Below, in pieces: positions 24,271 to 32,867 of a stretch of 42,326 nucleotides of DNA (position 1 is the first letter of the stretch; every line of letters begins with the position of its first letter). The stretch spans positions 1 through 42,326 of the forward strand of contig JAISWA010000066.1 of NCBI GenBank assembly GCA_031271275.1, in the 5' to 3' direction. Source of the DNA: Clostridiales bacterium (lineage in GTDB: Bacteria > Bacillota > Clostridia > Lachnospirales > WQUN01). Under the pieces are notes generated by a model. It did no database searches, was not told the origin of the DNA, and saw nothing but the letters and a program-made list of their open reading frames with translations. The position numbers and the translations under genes are program-made.

Positions 24271-25848
24271 ATGGGTGAGCTTATGCGGTTTAAAAAAAAC
24301 CAGGCTTTTATTACGGACACCGCCACCGGCCTGCATTGGGCGGCTGAAACCGGCGCCGGCGTCAGTTGGGCGGAAGCGCCCGGTTACCTTGAGAAGCTTA
24401 ACCGCGATAGGTGGGGCGGGCTCAGCGGGTGGCGGCTGCCCACCCGGCGGGAACTGCGCACCGTCATGGATTACGGCGTCACTTCCCCCGCAATGGATTT
24501 GCGCGTGTTTGAAAATATGCCCCTGGGCAATTACTGGTGCGCGGAGGAATACCCCCTGATGGACCGCTCGTGCGCGTGGGTCATTTTTTCGGGACTGGGC
24601 AGTTCCATCGTGATGAACAAAGGGAACAGGGAAAACGTGATTGCCGTAAACGGGCCGGTTTTAAAATCCGATTTCCGGGATATGGGCGGCGGAATTATTC
24701 TGGACGAAGCCTCCGGGCTGATGTGGCAGAAGGGCGAAAACCCGCGTATGCGTCTTACGGACGCGGAAAAATACTGCCGGGAGCTGACCTTGGGCGGCTT
24801 TTCCGACTGGCGGCTGCCCACGCTGAAAGAATTGGGCTCCCTGTTGGACATGTCCTACTCCGGCGGCGGGTGGTATTTTAAAGACTTTTTCCCGGCGGAG
24901 GGGCTGAAGCCCCCGCTTCTGCATTACTTTTCCGGTACGGAATTTGAAAACCATTACGCGTGGGTCATCAATTTCTGCTTTGGCTACGACGGCTACTACG
25001 GCGGCAAAAACGCCAACCTGCTGTTCCGGGCGGTGCGAGGGGAAAAGAGCGGCTGCGAGGCTTCCACGGCGGACGCGGCGTTAAACCGGCGCGTTAATTT
25101 GAAAAACACCGCGCTTTCCAAGGAGGAAACCACCGCCGCCGGTGCGCTGACATGGGAGAGAAAAACGACGGAAGCGGGCATGGGGCTTTACACCCATGAC
25201 GAAGCAAAAGCGTATATCGACGGCTTAAACCGGTCGGCTTACGGCGGGTTTACCGACTGGCGGCTGCCCCGCCGGGAAGAACTTCGCCGGGTTTACGGCG
25301 AGCGCTGGCGGGACACCCTGCCGGAGTTTTATTGGAGCGCGGAGGACGGTCCGGAGCCGTCGCTTGCCTACGGGATTTATTTCGCCTACGGCTGCGCCAT
25401 CTGTTACCCGAAATCCAACCGCTGCAATGTGCGGGCGGTGCGCGGGGCATATAAACCGGCAAAGCTTATTCTGCTTGACAACGGCTGCGTGTTGGACGAA
25501 ACCTCCGGTCTTTACTGGAAGCGGGGCGAAAGCCCGCCGCTGACGTTGGCGGACGCGGAAAAATACTGCGCGGGTTTAAGCATAGGCGGCTTTAACGACT
25601 GGCGCGTGCCGACCATGGGCGAGCTTGCGTCGTTGGTAGATTTAAACGGAAGCCCCGGCGCGTGGTTTGACAAAAGCATGTTCCCGGACACTCAAACTTT
25701 GCCGCAGGGCTTTTATATGTCCTCCACCCCCTTCGGCGGAACCTTCCTTTGGGGCGTAAACTTCCAGTTCGGTTACGACGGGTATTACGCCGACCCGGGC
25801 AGCCCCTACCCTTTCAGGCCGGTGAGGGGAGGCGGACATGAAATTTAA
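24271..25848 (+). CDS. protein made of four tandem DUF1566 (Lcl C-terminal-like) domains; no signal peptide
   Basis: Four repeats, each with TGL.W / A..YC...GG[FL][ST][DG]WR[LV]P[TR]..EL..[LV] ... [VF]R[AP]VRG: GLSGWRLPTRRELRTV, GFSDWRLPTLKELGSL, GFTDWRLPRREELRRV, GFNDWRVPTMGELASL. Confidence 0.8.
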   Translation: MGELMRFKKNQAFITDTATGLHWAAETGAGVSWAEAPGYLEKLNRDRWGGLSGWRLPTRRELRTVMDYGVTSPAMDLRVFENMPLGNYWCAEEYPLMDRSCAWVIFSGLGSSIVMNKGNRENVIAVNGPVLKSDFRDMGGGIILDEASGLMWQKGENPRMRLTDAEKYCRELTLGGFSDWRLPTLKELGSLLDMSYSGGGWYFKDFFPAEGLKPPLLHYFSGTEFENHYAWVINFCFGYDGYYGGKNANLLFRAVRGEKSGCEASTADAALNRRVNLKNTALSKEETTAAGALTWERKTTEAGMGLYTHDEAKAYIDGLNRSAYGGFTDWRLPRREELRRVYGERWRDTLPEFYWSAEDGPEPSLAYGIYFAYGCAICYPKSNRCNVRAVRGAYKPAKLILLDNGCVLDETSGLYWKRGESPPLTLADAEKYCAGLSIGGFNDWRVPTMGELASLVDLNGSPGAWFDKSMFPDTQTLPQGFYMSSTPFGGTFLWGVNFQFGYDGYYADPGSPYPFRPVRGGGHEI

Positions 25849-27916
25849 GCAGGCGTCCCTTTCCGTGGGAATGAAGTACAGCAAATATTTCACCCTGCTT
25901 TTGGGCGAAGATAATACCCTCTGGGGCGCGGGCTCCAATTTTTTCGGGCAGCTCGGCACGGGGAATTTCGACGACTGCCTTGAGGCGACGCCGACCGGGC
26001 TCGGCGGGGTGGTTTCCGTCCGCGCGGGCAACCTTCACTCCGCAGCCCTTACGGAGGGCGGCTCGGTTTTGGGTTTCGGCCTGAACTTTGCCGGTTCCCT
26101 CGGAAGCCTGCCCCCGGGGCATAACCCCGTTCCCAAACCCATACCCGAACTTGCGGGGCTGAAAATCGCGGAAACGGGCGCGGCGGGGGATTTTACCTTC
26201 GCGCTTACGGAGGGCGGCACGCTGTATATATTGGGAAGCGGCGGCGTAAAAAAGCTCGCCGGCATAGCCGCCCTATACCCCGGGGCGAACCAAAGCTGCG
26301 TAAAAACCGGCTCCGGGGAATGGATGATATTTGAAAACGGGAAAGAGCCGGTACCGCTATCGGGCATTAGCGCGGCGGAAATCTGCGAAGTTTCCGTGGG
26401 CAATACCCATATGGCGGCGCTGACAAGCGGGGGGCGCGTCCTTTGCCGGGGGGACAATTTAAGCGGCCAGTTGGGACTGGGTTATGAAGTGGAATACAGC
26501 GCGGGTTTTACGGACATGGGGCTGACGGGGATTGTTTCCGTAGCTTCCGGCGGTTCCCACACCCTCGCGCTGAACGGCGACGGGGCGGTTTACGCCTGGG
26601 GCTTTAATTTCTTCGGGCAGTTGGGCGACGGGACCGGGGAGCGCAAAGCGCCGCAAATAGTGCGGGGACTGCCCCCCGCCGCGTTTATCGCCGCGGGGAC
26701 GTTTAATTCCATGATCGTTACCCGAGACGGGGAAGTATACGGTTGGGGCGGCGACGATTTCGGGCAGTTGGGGGATTCCGCCCGTTCGCAGATACGCGAG
26801 CCGCATTTATTGGAAGGTCTATCGGACATCAAAACGGCTTGCGCGGGTCTGTACCACACCGCGCTGCTGACGGCCGGCGGGAAGCTGTATGTCAACGGGT
26901 GCGACCTTTACGGCCAGTTGGGGGATGGGAAAAACCATACGGGCAGTTGCCGCCCCGCGCTTGTTTTAAGCGGGGTAACGGACGTTTCAGCGGGGGGAAC
27001 CCACACCGCCGTCATTTGCGAAGGCGGGAAAGTGTTGGCGTGGGGCAACAACGCCTGCGGGCAGATTGGGAACGGCAGGGCGGACATAAACCCCGACGGC
27101 AAACTGGGGAACGGGGAGCGGCGCAACGAACCTTTGCCCGTACCGGTTCCGGTTCCACGCGTAAGAATGCTGACGTCGGGGGAAAACCACACCCTGTACC
27201 TTACCCTTACCGGGGAAGTTTACGCCGCGGGGCTTAACCACTTCGGGCAGTTGGGCGACGGCTCCCGGCATAACGGCAGCGTCCCGCTTAAAATACCCGG
27301 GCTTAAAAATATTACCGAAATACACGCCCATAAATTCCGCAGCGCCGCCTTGGATAAGGACGGCAAGCTGTATTGTTGGGGCTACAACGGAAGCGGCGAG
27401 TTGGGAACCGGGGACTCCGAACCGCGTTTTACCCCAACACTTGTTATGGACGGCGTCGAAAAAGTAATTTTGGGCGGATGGTATACGCTTGCCGTAAAAA
27501 AAGACGCCACGGTTTGGGCGTTCGGCATGAACGCGGACGGGCAGTTCGGCGACGGGACCCGCACGGGAAGCCTGACCCCGAAGGAAGTCACCCCCTTTTA
27601 CGGGGCGTTTAAAGACATCGCGGCGGGCGGTTTCCATACGGTTGTATTACGGGAGGACGGGACCGTGTGGACCTGCGGGAAAAACGAGTTCGGCGAACTG
27701 GGCGGCGGCGCGGCGGGAAGCCGTAACCTGCTGACGCGGGTGCAGGGGCTGAAAGACATTGAAAGCATTTCGGCGGGGTGGTTTTGCGTGTTCGCGATAG
27801 CCAAAGGCGGGGAACTCTTTGCCTTCGGGCGCAATAACTTCGGGCAGTTGTTCGGCGCCGACACCAACCGGTACCTGCCGGTAAAAGCGCGGCAAAAAAA
27901 GGAGGCGATTGTATGA
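25838..27916 (+). CDS. RCC1-repeat (beta-propeller) protein, about 13 repeats; no signal peptide
   Basis: Recurrent G.N..GQLG.G motifs (GSNFFGQLGTGN, GDNLSGQLGLG, GFNFFGQLGDGT, GDDFGQLGDS, GCDLYGQLGDG, GNNACGQIGNG, GLNHFGQLGDGS, GYNGSGELGTGD, GMNADGQFGDGT, GKNEFGELGGG, GRNNFGQLFG). RBS GAGGGGAGG. Overlaps the upstream gene by 11 nt. Confidence 0.85.
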   Translation: MKFKQASLSVGMKYSKYFTLLLGEDNTLWGAGSNFFGQLGTGNFDDCLEATPTGLGGVVSVRAGNLHSAALTEGGSVLGFGLNFAGSLGSLPPGHNPVPKPIPELAGLKIAETGAAGDFTFALTEGGTLYILGSGGVKKLAGIAALYPGANQSCVKTGSGEWMIFENGKEPVPLSGISAAEICEVSVGNTHMAALTSGGRVLCRGDNLSGQLGLGYEVEYSAGFTDMGLTGIVSVASGGSHTLALNGDGAVYAWGFNFFGQLGDGTGERKAPQIVRGLPPAAFIAAGTFNSMIVTRDGEVYGWGGDDFGQLGDSARSQIREPHLLEGLSDIKTACAGLYHTALLTAGGKLYVNGCDLYGQLGDGKNHTGSCRPALVLSGVTDVSAGGTHTAVICEGGKVLAWGNNACGQIGNGRADINPDGKLGNGERRNEPLPVPVPVPRVRMLTSGENHTLYLTLTGEVYAAGLNHFGQLGDGSRHNGSVPLKIPGLKNITEIHAHKFRSAALDKDGKLYCWGYNGSGELGTGDSEPRFTPTLVMDGVEKVILGGWYTLAVKKDATVWAFGMNADGQFGDGTRTGSLTPKEVTPFYGAFKDIAAGGFHTVVLREDGTVWTCGKNEFGELGGGAAGSRNLLTRVQGLKDIESISAGWFCVFAIAKGGELFAFGRNNFGQLFGADTNRYLPVKARQKKEAIV

Positions 27917-28464
27917 AGAAAATCGGCGTGTTGGTGGAAAACCGCTTTATCGACCAGGAGATGATTTATTATCAGAACCGGTTCCGGGAAGCGGGTGTTG
28001 ACGCGGATTTTATGACAAGGCTTTGGGAGCAGCCGAAACTGACCTTTAAAGGGTTGGAGCTCGGGATGGAAATGACGGTGGACAAAAGCTTCGAGGATTT
28101 ATGCGAAGGCGCGTTGGAAGAATACGGCGCGTTTATCGTTCCGGCGGGCTATGTGGCGGACATGCTGCTCTATGCCGAGACCCCCGGGGAGTTGTCCCCG
28201 GCGGCGGCTTTCATCCAAAAAATCATGGCTGACCCGGAGATTGTCAAAGCCGCCATCTGCCACTCCCTGTGGCTTTGGACGCCCATCCCCGAATGCTTGC
28301 GGGGACGGCGCGTCACATGCCATAATAACATCATCGGCAGCGTGAAAAACACCGGCGCGATTTATATCGACACCGACACGGTGGTGGACGGCGATTTAAT
28401 CACCGCCCGCACCGGGGGCATGTTCGCGGAACTGGCGAAATTGATACTTGAACGGATGAAATAA
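27913..28464 (+). CDS. DJ-1/PfpI-family protein, short form
   Basis: 183 aa: KIGVLVENRFIDQE...GAFIVPAGYVADML...KAAICHSLWLW (Cys-His nucleophile elbow). ATGA overlap with the RCC1 gene. RBS AAGGAGG. Confidence 0.75.
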   Translation: MKKIGVLVENRFIDQEMIYYQNRFREAGVDADFMTRLWEQPKLTFKGLELGMEMTVDKSFEDLCEGALEEYGAFIVPAGYVADMLLYAETPGELSPAAAFIQKIMADPEIVKAAICHSLWLWTPIPECLRGRRVTCHNNIIGSVKNTGAIYIDTDTVVDGDLITARTGGMFAELAKLILERMK

Positions 28465-28468
28465 CCGG

Positions 28469-29929
28469 ATGAAAATGCCATTTCGTTTAAAGCCCCACAA
28501 CCATGCCGCGGCGGAAAGCGGAGGCATTGATTTATTGCGCCCGTTTAAAAGGCTGTTCATCATTTTCAGTGTCATTGTCTTGGCGAGCGGCATGATCGTC
28601 GCCATTTTTTCCGCGGGGCTGATGCGAAGGCAGCTGATTCTCAAGTGCATGTCGGCGGCTTCCACCGTAGCCGTACTAATCTCGGAAGATTCCGACGGGT
28701 ACGCGGCGTTTTTAAAAAATATGAATACGGAATCGGCGTATTACCAACGCGTAAAAACCCTGCTGATGAAACTGAAGCAAGCCAACCTGAGGAATGTGAA
28801 TTACCTGTACACGTCGGCGCGGGCGGACGAAAATACCATGATGTATGTGCTTGACGGGGAGGACCCGGCGGGCGGAATGTTCTCCGCTCCGGGGAAAACG
28901 GCGCAAATGACCGAAGCGGAACGCCGCGCCTACGACGAGCGAAGCGATACCGCGGGGAATGTTTTCGTTAAGAATGAAAACGGCTGGCTGTTAAGCGTCT
29001 GCGTTCCGATTGTACATAAAGACACGGGCGAGCCTTTGGGGATGGCGGTGGCAAATGTAACCGGCGCGCAGTACGGGCAGTTCCTGCTGATATACAGCCT
29101 TCAAACGATCGTGACCCTTTTAGCCGGGCTTGCGGCGTTTGCCCATGCCACCCGGCTGACTTCGGGGAAAACCCGCAGCGCGGTAAACCATAAATTATCG
29201 GAAATGCGCGAGGCGGAAGAAAAGCTCGCCACGGAGAATGAAGCCCTCGACCGGATGAACCGTTTAAAGAATGAGCTGATGACCACCATATCCCACGAGG
29301 CGCGGACGCCGCTTGCGGTGCTCTCGGGCTACGCGAGCCTTGTGGCTTTGGAGCTTAGGGACAAGGGCGCGGACGAGCAAACCACCGCCGACCTTGACAA
29401 CATTGTGGTGGAAGCCATGCGCGTGGCGGATTTAATCGACAGCATGAAGCGGCTTGCCGTTAACAGCTGCGAGTCCACGGAGTATACCCAGTTGGATTTC
29501 ACGGGGTTGGTGACGCAAATCGCGAGCCTGTACAAGCCCATCTTAAAACGGAGCGGCGTGATTTTGAATATAGACATAAAAGACCGGTTCTTTGTGTCCG
29601 GAAACAAAGACGAATTGACGCAGGTGTTTTTTAACGTACTGCAAAACGCCAAAAATCACACGGAAACCGGCAGCGTGACCGTCAGCGCGGAAAGGGAAAG
29701 CAGCCAAATCAAAATCACCGTTTCGGATACCGGAACCGGCATCCCGCCGGAGATTTTACCCCGCATCTTTGAGCGCGGCATATCGGGCCGCCCGGCGGGC
29801 ATGGGCGTCGGGCTTGCCGTAAGCAAGGAAATTATGGAAAAGCACGGCGGAACCATACAGGTGCGCAACAACCCCCATGGAAAAGGCACGGTCGCCACGC
29901 TGACGCTGCCGGAGCACACGGAAACTTAG
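28469..29929 (+). CDS. sensor histidine kinase: TM, Cache-like extracytoplasmic domain, TM, HisKA, HATPase_c
   Basis: Two TM segments flank ~150 aa (YLYTSARADENTMMYVLDGEDP...GWLLSVCVPI). H-box ISHEARTPL. NVLQNAKNHT, DTGTGI and GMGVGLAV boxes. Starts 4 nt after the DJ-1 stop (ATG 28469 or 28475). Confidence 0.85.
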   Translation: MKMPFRLKPHNHAAAESGGIDLLRPFKRLFIIFSVIVLASGMIVAIFSAGLMRRQLILKCMSAASTVAVLISEDSDGYAAFLKNMNTESAYYQRVKTLLMKLKQANLRNVNYLYTSARADENTMMYVLDGEDPAGGMFSAPGKTAQMTEAERRAYDERSDTAGNVFVKNENGWLLSVCVPIVHKDTGEPLGMAVANVTGAQYGQFLLIYSLQTIVTLLAGLAAFAHATRLTSGKTRSAVNHKLSEMREAEEKLATENEALDRMNRLKNELMTTISHEARTPLAVLSGYASLVALELRDKGADEQTTADLDNIVVEAMRVADLIDSMKRLAVNSCESTEYTQLDFTGLVTQIASLYKPILKRSGVILNIDIKDRFFVSGNKDELTQVFFNVLQNAKNHTETGSVTVSAERESSQIKITVSDTGTGIPPEILPRIFERGISGRPAGMGVGLAVSKEIMEKHGGTIQVRNNPHGKGTVATLTLPEHTET

Positions 29930-29946
29930 GGCATGCGTCAAACCGC

Positions 29947-30675
29947 TCATGCGCCAACGCCTTTCTTGTTTATAAAATACAGCCACCTTGGAAATTTCCC
30001 CGCCGAAACGAGCGCTTCGACCTCCCGCTGCTCTTTTATCTGCTGTTCCCAGTGATAGCCCATACCTTCATTTTTAAATTCCGATTCCATTTCCACAAAT
30101 AATTTTTTCGATTTTTCCCAAAAGGCCCTATGCTCGCTGATACGGTCAACGGCTTTATAGGCTAACTTGCGGGAAGCCGCCCAACTTCCGACTTCCGCCT
30201 GCTCCGGCGTTGGCGGATCGCCCATTTGTATTCTGGGCGGCTGCGACCAAAAAATACACAGCCTGCCGGCGGGTTTTAAAAGCGTGAATAAACTGTCCAA
30301 TGTTTTTTCCAAATCAACCGCGTAATAAAGGGAATCGAGGGAAATGATTTTATCAAAACTTTCGCCCGCAAAAGGCAGGCGGGTCATATCCGCCAACAGA
30401 AAACGCAAGTTTTCCCGTTCGACCCGCTTAGCGACAGATAAATCTTTTTCGTGGATATCGATTCCCGTAAAATCCGCGCCGGTTTTGTCGCACAGGTATT
30501 CCGTAACGCGCCCGAAACAGCAGCCGATATCCAAAACCCTATCTTCCGGCTTGATTTGCAAGCCGTCCAATAAAATATCCATCTCGTCAACGGTACCCAT
30601 GCCCATCTGCAAAAGGTTCCTGCCGTAAAGCTTTTCACAGAGCCTTGCATATACCGCGCTTTCGTCGTAATACAT
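29947..30675 (-). CDS. class I SAM-dependent methyltransferase
   Basis: Motif I VLDIGCCFGRVTEYL and post-I DFTGIDI. The ATG at 30675 is preceded by AGGAGAT. The 277-aa ORF extension to 30780 is rejected. Confidence 0.75.
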   Translation of the reverse strand: MYYDESAVYARLCEKLYGRNLLQMGMGTVDEMDILLDGLQIKPEDRVLDIGCCFGRVTEYLCDKTGADFTGIDIHEKDLSVAKRVERENLRFLLADMTRLPFAGESFDKIISLDSLYYAVDLEKTLDSLFTLLKPAGRLCIFWSQPPRIQMGDPPTPEQAEVGSWAASRKLAYKAVDRISEHRAFWEKSKKLFVEMESEFKNEGMGYHWEQQIKEQREVEALVSAGKFPRWLYFINKKGVGA

Positions 30676-30697
30676 ACGGTATCTCCTTTTTATAGGG

Positions 30698-30856
30698 TTA
30701 ATGATAGTTCGATTTCCGCAGGTACCGGTTGAACATTTTCTGATACGCCGCCCACCGCCCGGGTGTTTTGGAAAGCTCATAAATTTTCCCGATATTGTGC
30801 AGCATGGCGGTGGAAAGCAGCAAATCCCAGTTGATATATTTATAGCGCGCGCTCAT
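30698..30856 (-). pseudogene. possible remnant of an HD-domain protein (52-codon ORF)
   Basis: My own translation: MSARYKYINWDLLLSTAMLHNIGKIYELSKTPGRWAAYQKMFNRYLRKSNYH. The stretch AMLHNIGKI resembles the HD-domain L(L)HDIGK block with D replaced by N. It is too short to be a complete HD protein. Confidence 0.25.
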
Positions 30857-30894
30857 ACCATCGGTCAACTCCCTTTACCTACCCGCACCGGGGG

Positions 30895-30922
30895 TTGACG
30901 GGGTTTTTACTTGGGGTAAAAT
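30895..30922 (+). promoter_or_regulatory. promoter candidate TTGACG-N16-TAAAAT directly abutting the cls start codon
   Basis: TTGACG at 30895-30900 and TAAAAT at 30917-30922. The ATG of cls is at 30929, only 6 nt after the -10, and no Shine-Dalgarno sequence lies between them. Confidence 0.4.
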
Positions 30923-30928
30923 GCCTGT

Positions 30929-32494
30929 ATGAATAAACGTCCGAAAAAGCATTTCCTCCGCTCGCTGCTGCGGCGGCGCATTATCGTAATCTTCCTGCTG
31001 CTGCTGCAACTGACCATTCTCGGCATATTTCTGTTTAACACGAGCCGTCAGTCCGCTTATTTCAACCTTGCGCTCACTTTCGCCAGTTTGTTTGTCGCGC
31101 TCTATGTGGTCAACAACCGTGAAAAAGGCGCGTACAAACTGATCTGGTCGCTGCAGATTCTGGTTTTTCCGTTTTTCGGCGGGCTTTTTTATTTGCTGTT
31201 CCATTTGCAGGGCGCGAAAAAGAAATTCCGCAAGGCGATGGAGGACTGGCAGGATAAAAATCAGCGGCTGTTTTATGTTTCCGGAGACATGCTTTCCGAA
31301 GCAAAGTCCAAGACGCCGGGTCACGCCCCGCTCATGCATTACCTGCAAAAAACGGCGGGCTATCCGCTGTATGGCAAGAGCCGCGCGGTATACCTGTCCA
31401 CCGGCGAGGAAAAATATGAGAAGCTGCTTGCCGAGCTTGAAAAGGCGGAGCGTTATATTTTTTTAGAGTATTTTATTATTCAGGAAGGCAAAATGTGGGA
31501 CGCCGCGTTGGAAATCCTCGCGCGGAAGGTGAACCAGGGGTTGGACGTGCGCGTCATGTACGACGACATGGGCTGTTTTTTAAAGCTGCCGAAAGACTAC
31601 CCCAAGCGCCTTGAGGCGCTCGGCATCCGGTGTACGGTGTTCGGGCCGTTTATTCCGGTGCTCTCCGCGCGGCAGAACAACCGCGACCACCGGAAAATCG
31701 CCGTAATAGACGGGCGCGTGGCTTTCACCGGCGGGGTTAATTTCGCCGACGAATATATCAACGCGGTAGACAGGTTCGGCCATTGGAAAGACACCGCCAT
31801 CATGGTGGAGGGCGAAGCCGCGTGGAGTTTTACGCTGATGTTTTTACAGCTTTGGACGGTTTGTAACACCCATAAAGACAGCGGAGCCCAAGAGGATTAC
31901 GCCCTGTACGACCCGTGGAAAGATATGCCCTGCGCAACGGTTGGCGGCGGATACGTCCAGCCCTACGCGGACAGCCCCATGGACGAGGAGCGCGTGGGGG
32001 AAAACGTGTACCTGCATATTATCAACACGGCAAAGAAATATGTATATATCAACACGCCGTATCTGGTCATAGACGACGTGATGGTCTCGGCGCTGTGCCT
32101 TGCCGCCCGCAGCGGCGTGGACGTGCGTATCGTTACCCCCCACCGCCCCGACAAACGGTATGTCCACGCGGTAACGCGCTCTTTCTACCGGGAACTGATC
32201 CGGTCGGGCGTGCGCGTGTATGAGTACACCGCGGGATTCCTTCACGCGAAATCCTTTGTCTCAGACGACTGCATAGCCACGGTGGGCACCGCCAACCTTG
32301 ACTACCGCAGCCTGTATTTACATTTTGAGTGCGGGCTGTGCGTTTATCAAGAAGACGGCGTGATAGCCGAAATACGCGAAGACTTTCTCGAAATGCTTCC
32401 CCGCTGCGAGGAAGTAACGGAGGAAAACAGCCGTTACGGGTTTTTCGCGCGGTTTATTCAAGACACGCTAAGACTGCTTTCGCCCCTGCTGTAA
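30929..32494 (+). CDS. cls: cardiolipin synthase (PLD superfamily, two HKD motifs)
   Basis: N-terminal TM pair. HKD motifs HRKIAVIDGRVAFTGGVNFADEY and LHAKSFVSDDCIATVGTANLDYRS. Confidence 0.9.
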   Translation: MNKRPKKHFLRSLLRRRIIVIFLLLLQLTILGIFLFNTSRQSAYFNLALTFASLFVALYVVNNREKGAYKLIWSLQILVFPFFGGLFYLLFHLQGAKKKFRKAMEDWQDKNQRLFYVSGDMLSEAKSKTPGHAPLMHYLQKTAGYPLYGKSRAVYLSTGEEKYEKLLAELEKAERYIFLEYFIIQEGKMWDAALEILARKVNQGLDVRVMYDDMGCFLKLPKDYPKRLEALGIRCTVFGPFIPVLSARQNNRDHRKIAVIDGRVAFTGGVNFADEYINAVDRFGHWKDTAIMVEGEAAWSFTLMFLQLWTVCNTHKDSGAQEDYALYDPWKDMPCATVGGGYVQPYADSPMDEERVGENVYLHIINTAKKYVYINTPYLVIDDVMVSALCLAARSGVDVRIVTPHRPDKRYVHAVTRSFYRELIRSGVRVYEYTAGFLHAKSFVSDDCIATVGTANLDYRSLYLHFECGLCVYQEDGVIAEIREDFLEMLPRCEEVTEENSRYGFFARFIQDTLRLLSPLL

Positions 32495-32848
32495 AGCGCC
32501 TTTCTTAAAAAATTCAAATACCCCCATCCCAAGCAGAAATATTCCGAAACCTTTTCTCAGCCAGTTATTATCGAGCCGGGTCGCCGCAAACGAACCCGCT
32601 ACCGAGCCTATTATCCCGAAAAAAATCAGGAATCCGATGCCCTTTTTTTCGATATTCCCTTTCTCTTTATGCGCAAGCAGCGCGATAACCGCCGTGGGTA
32701 TAAAATACAGCAGGTTTACGTTTTGCGCCTCGCGCTGCCCCATCCCGAGCAGCATAGTCAGCGCGGGTATCAGCACCGCCCCGCCGCCTATTCCCATTCC
32801 GCTAATCACGCCCGCAAGCAGCCCCGCGAGCACATACCAAACCCACAT
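32468..32848 (-). CDS. half-size TauE/SafE (TSUP) family membrane protein, distal half
   Basis: 126 aa, 4 TM helices, GVISGMGIGGGAVLIPALTMLLG motif. GGGGG RBS 6-7 nt upstream of the ATG at 32848. Confidence 0.7.
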   Translation of the reverse strand: MWVWYVLAGLLAGVISGMGIGGGAVLIPALTMLLGMGQREAQNVNLLYFIPTAVIALLAHKEKGNIEKKGIGFLIFFGIIGSVAGSFAATRLDNNWLRKGFGIFLLGMGVFEFFKKGALQQGRKQS

Positions 32849-32867
32849 AGAAAAGCCCCCGAAGAAT

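Noticed and set aside
22948-24336. 462-aa minus-strand ORF lying entirely antisense to the ThDP-enzyme gene
   Set aside because: It is Arg/Gly/His/Pro-rich low-complexity sequence with no recognisable motif. The plus-strand frame carries unmistakable ThDP-enzyme motifs and a strong RBS. Long open antisense frames are expected in high-GC coding DNA.
17632-25848. Diversity-generating retroelement hypothesis. FGE-like and DUF1566 C-type-lectin-fold domains are classic DGR targets.
   Set aside because: No reverse transcriptase gene is present in the window. The 3' ends of the three FGE-like domains and the four DUF1566 repeats are not near-identical at the DNA level to any other segment here, so I could find no TR/VR pair with A-specific differences. 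A DGR elsewhere in the genome cannot be excluded.
29927-29950. Short GCATG/CATGC complementarity between the convergent kinase and methyltransferase genes as a bidirectional terminator
   Set aside because: The stem is only about 5 bp and has no T-tract, which is too weak to call.
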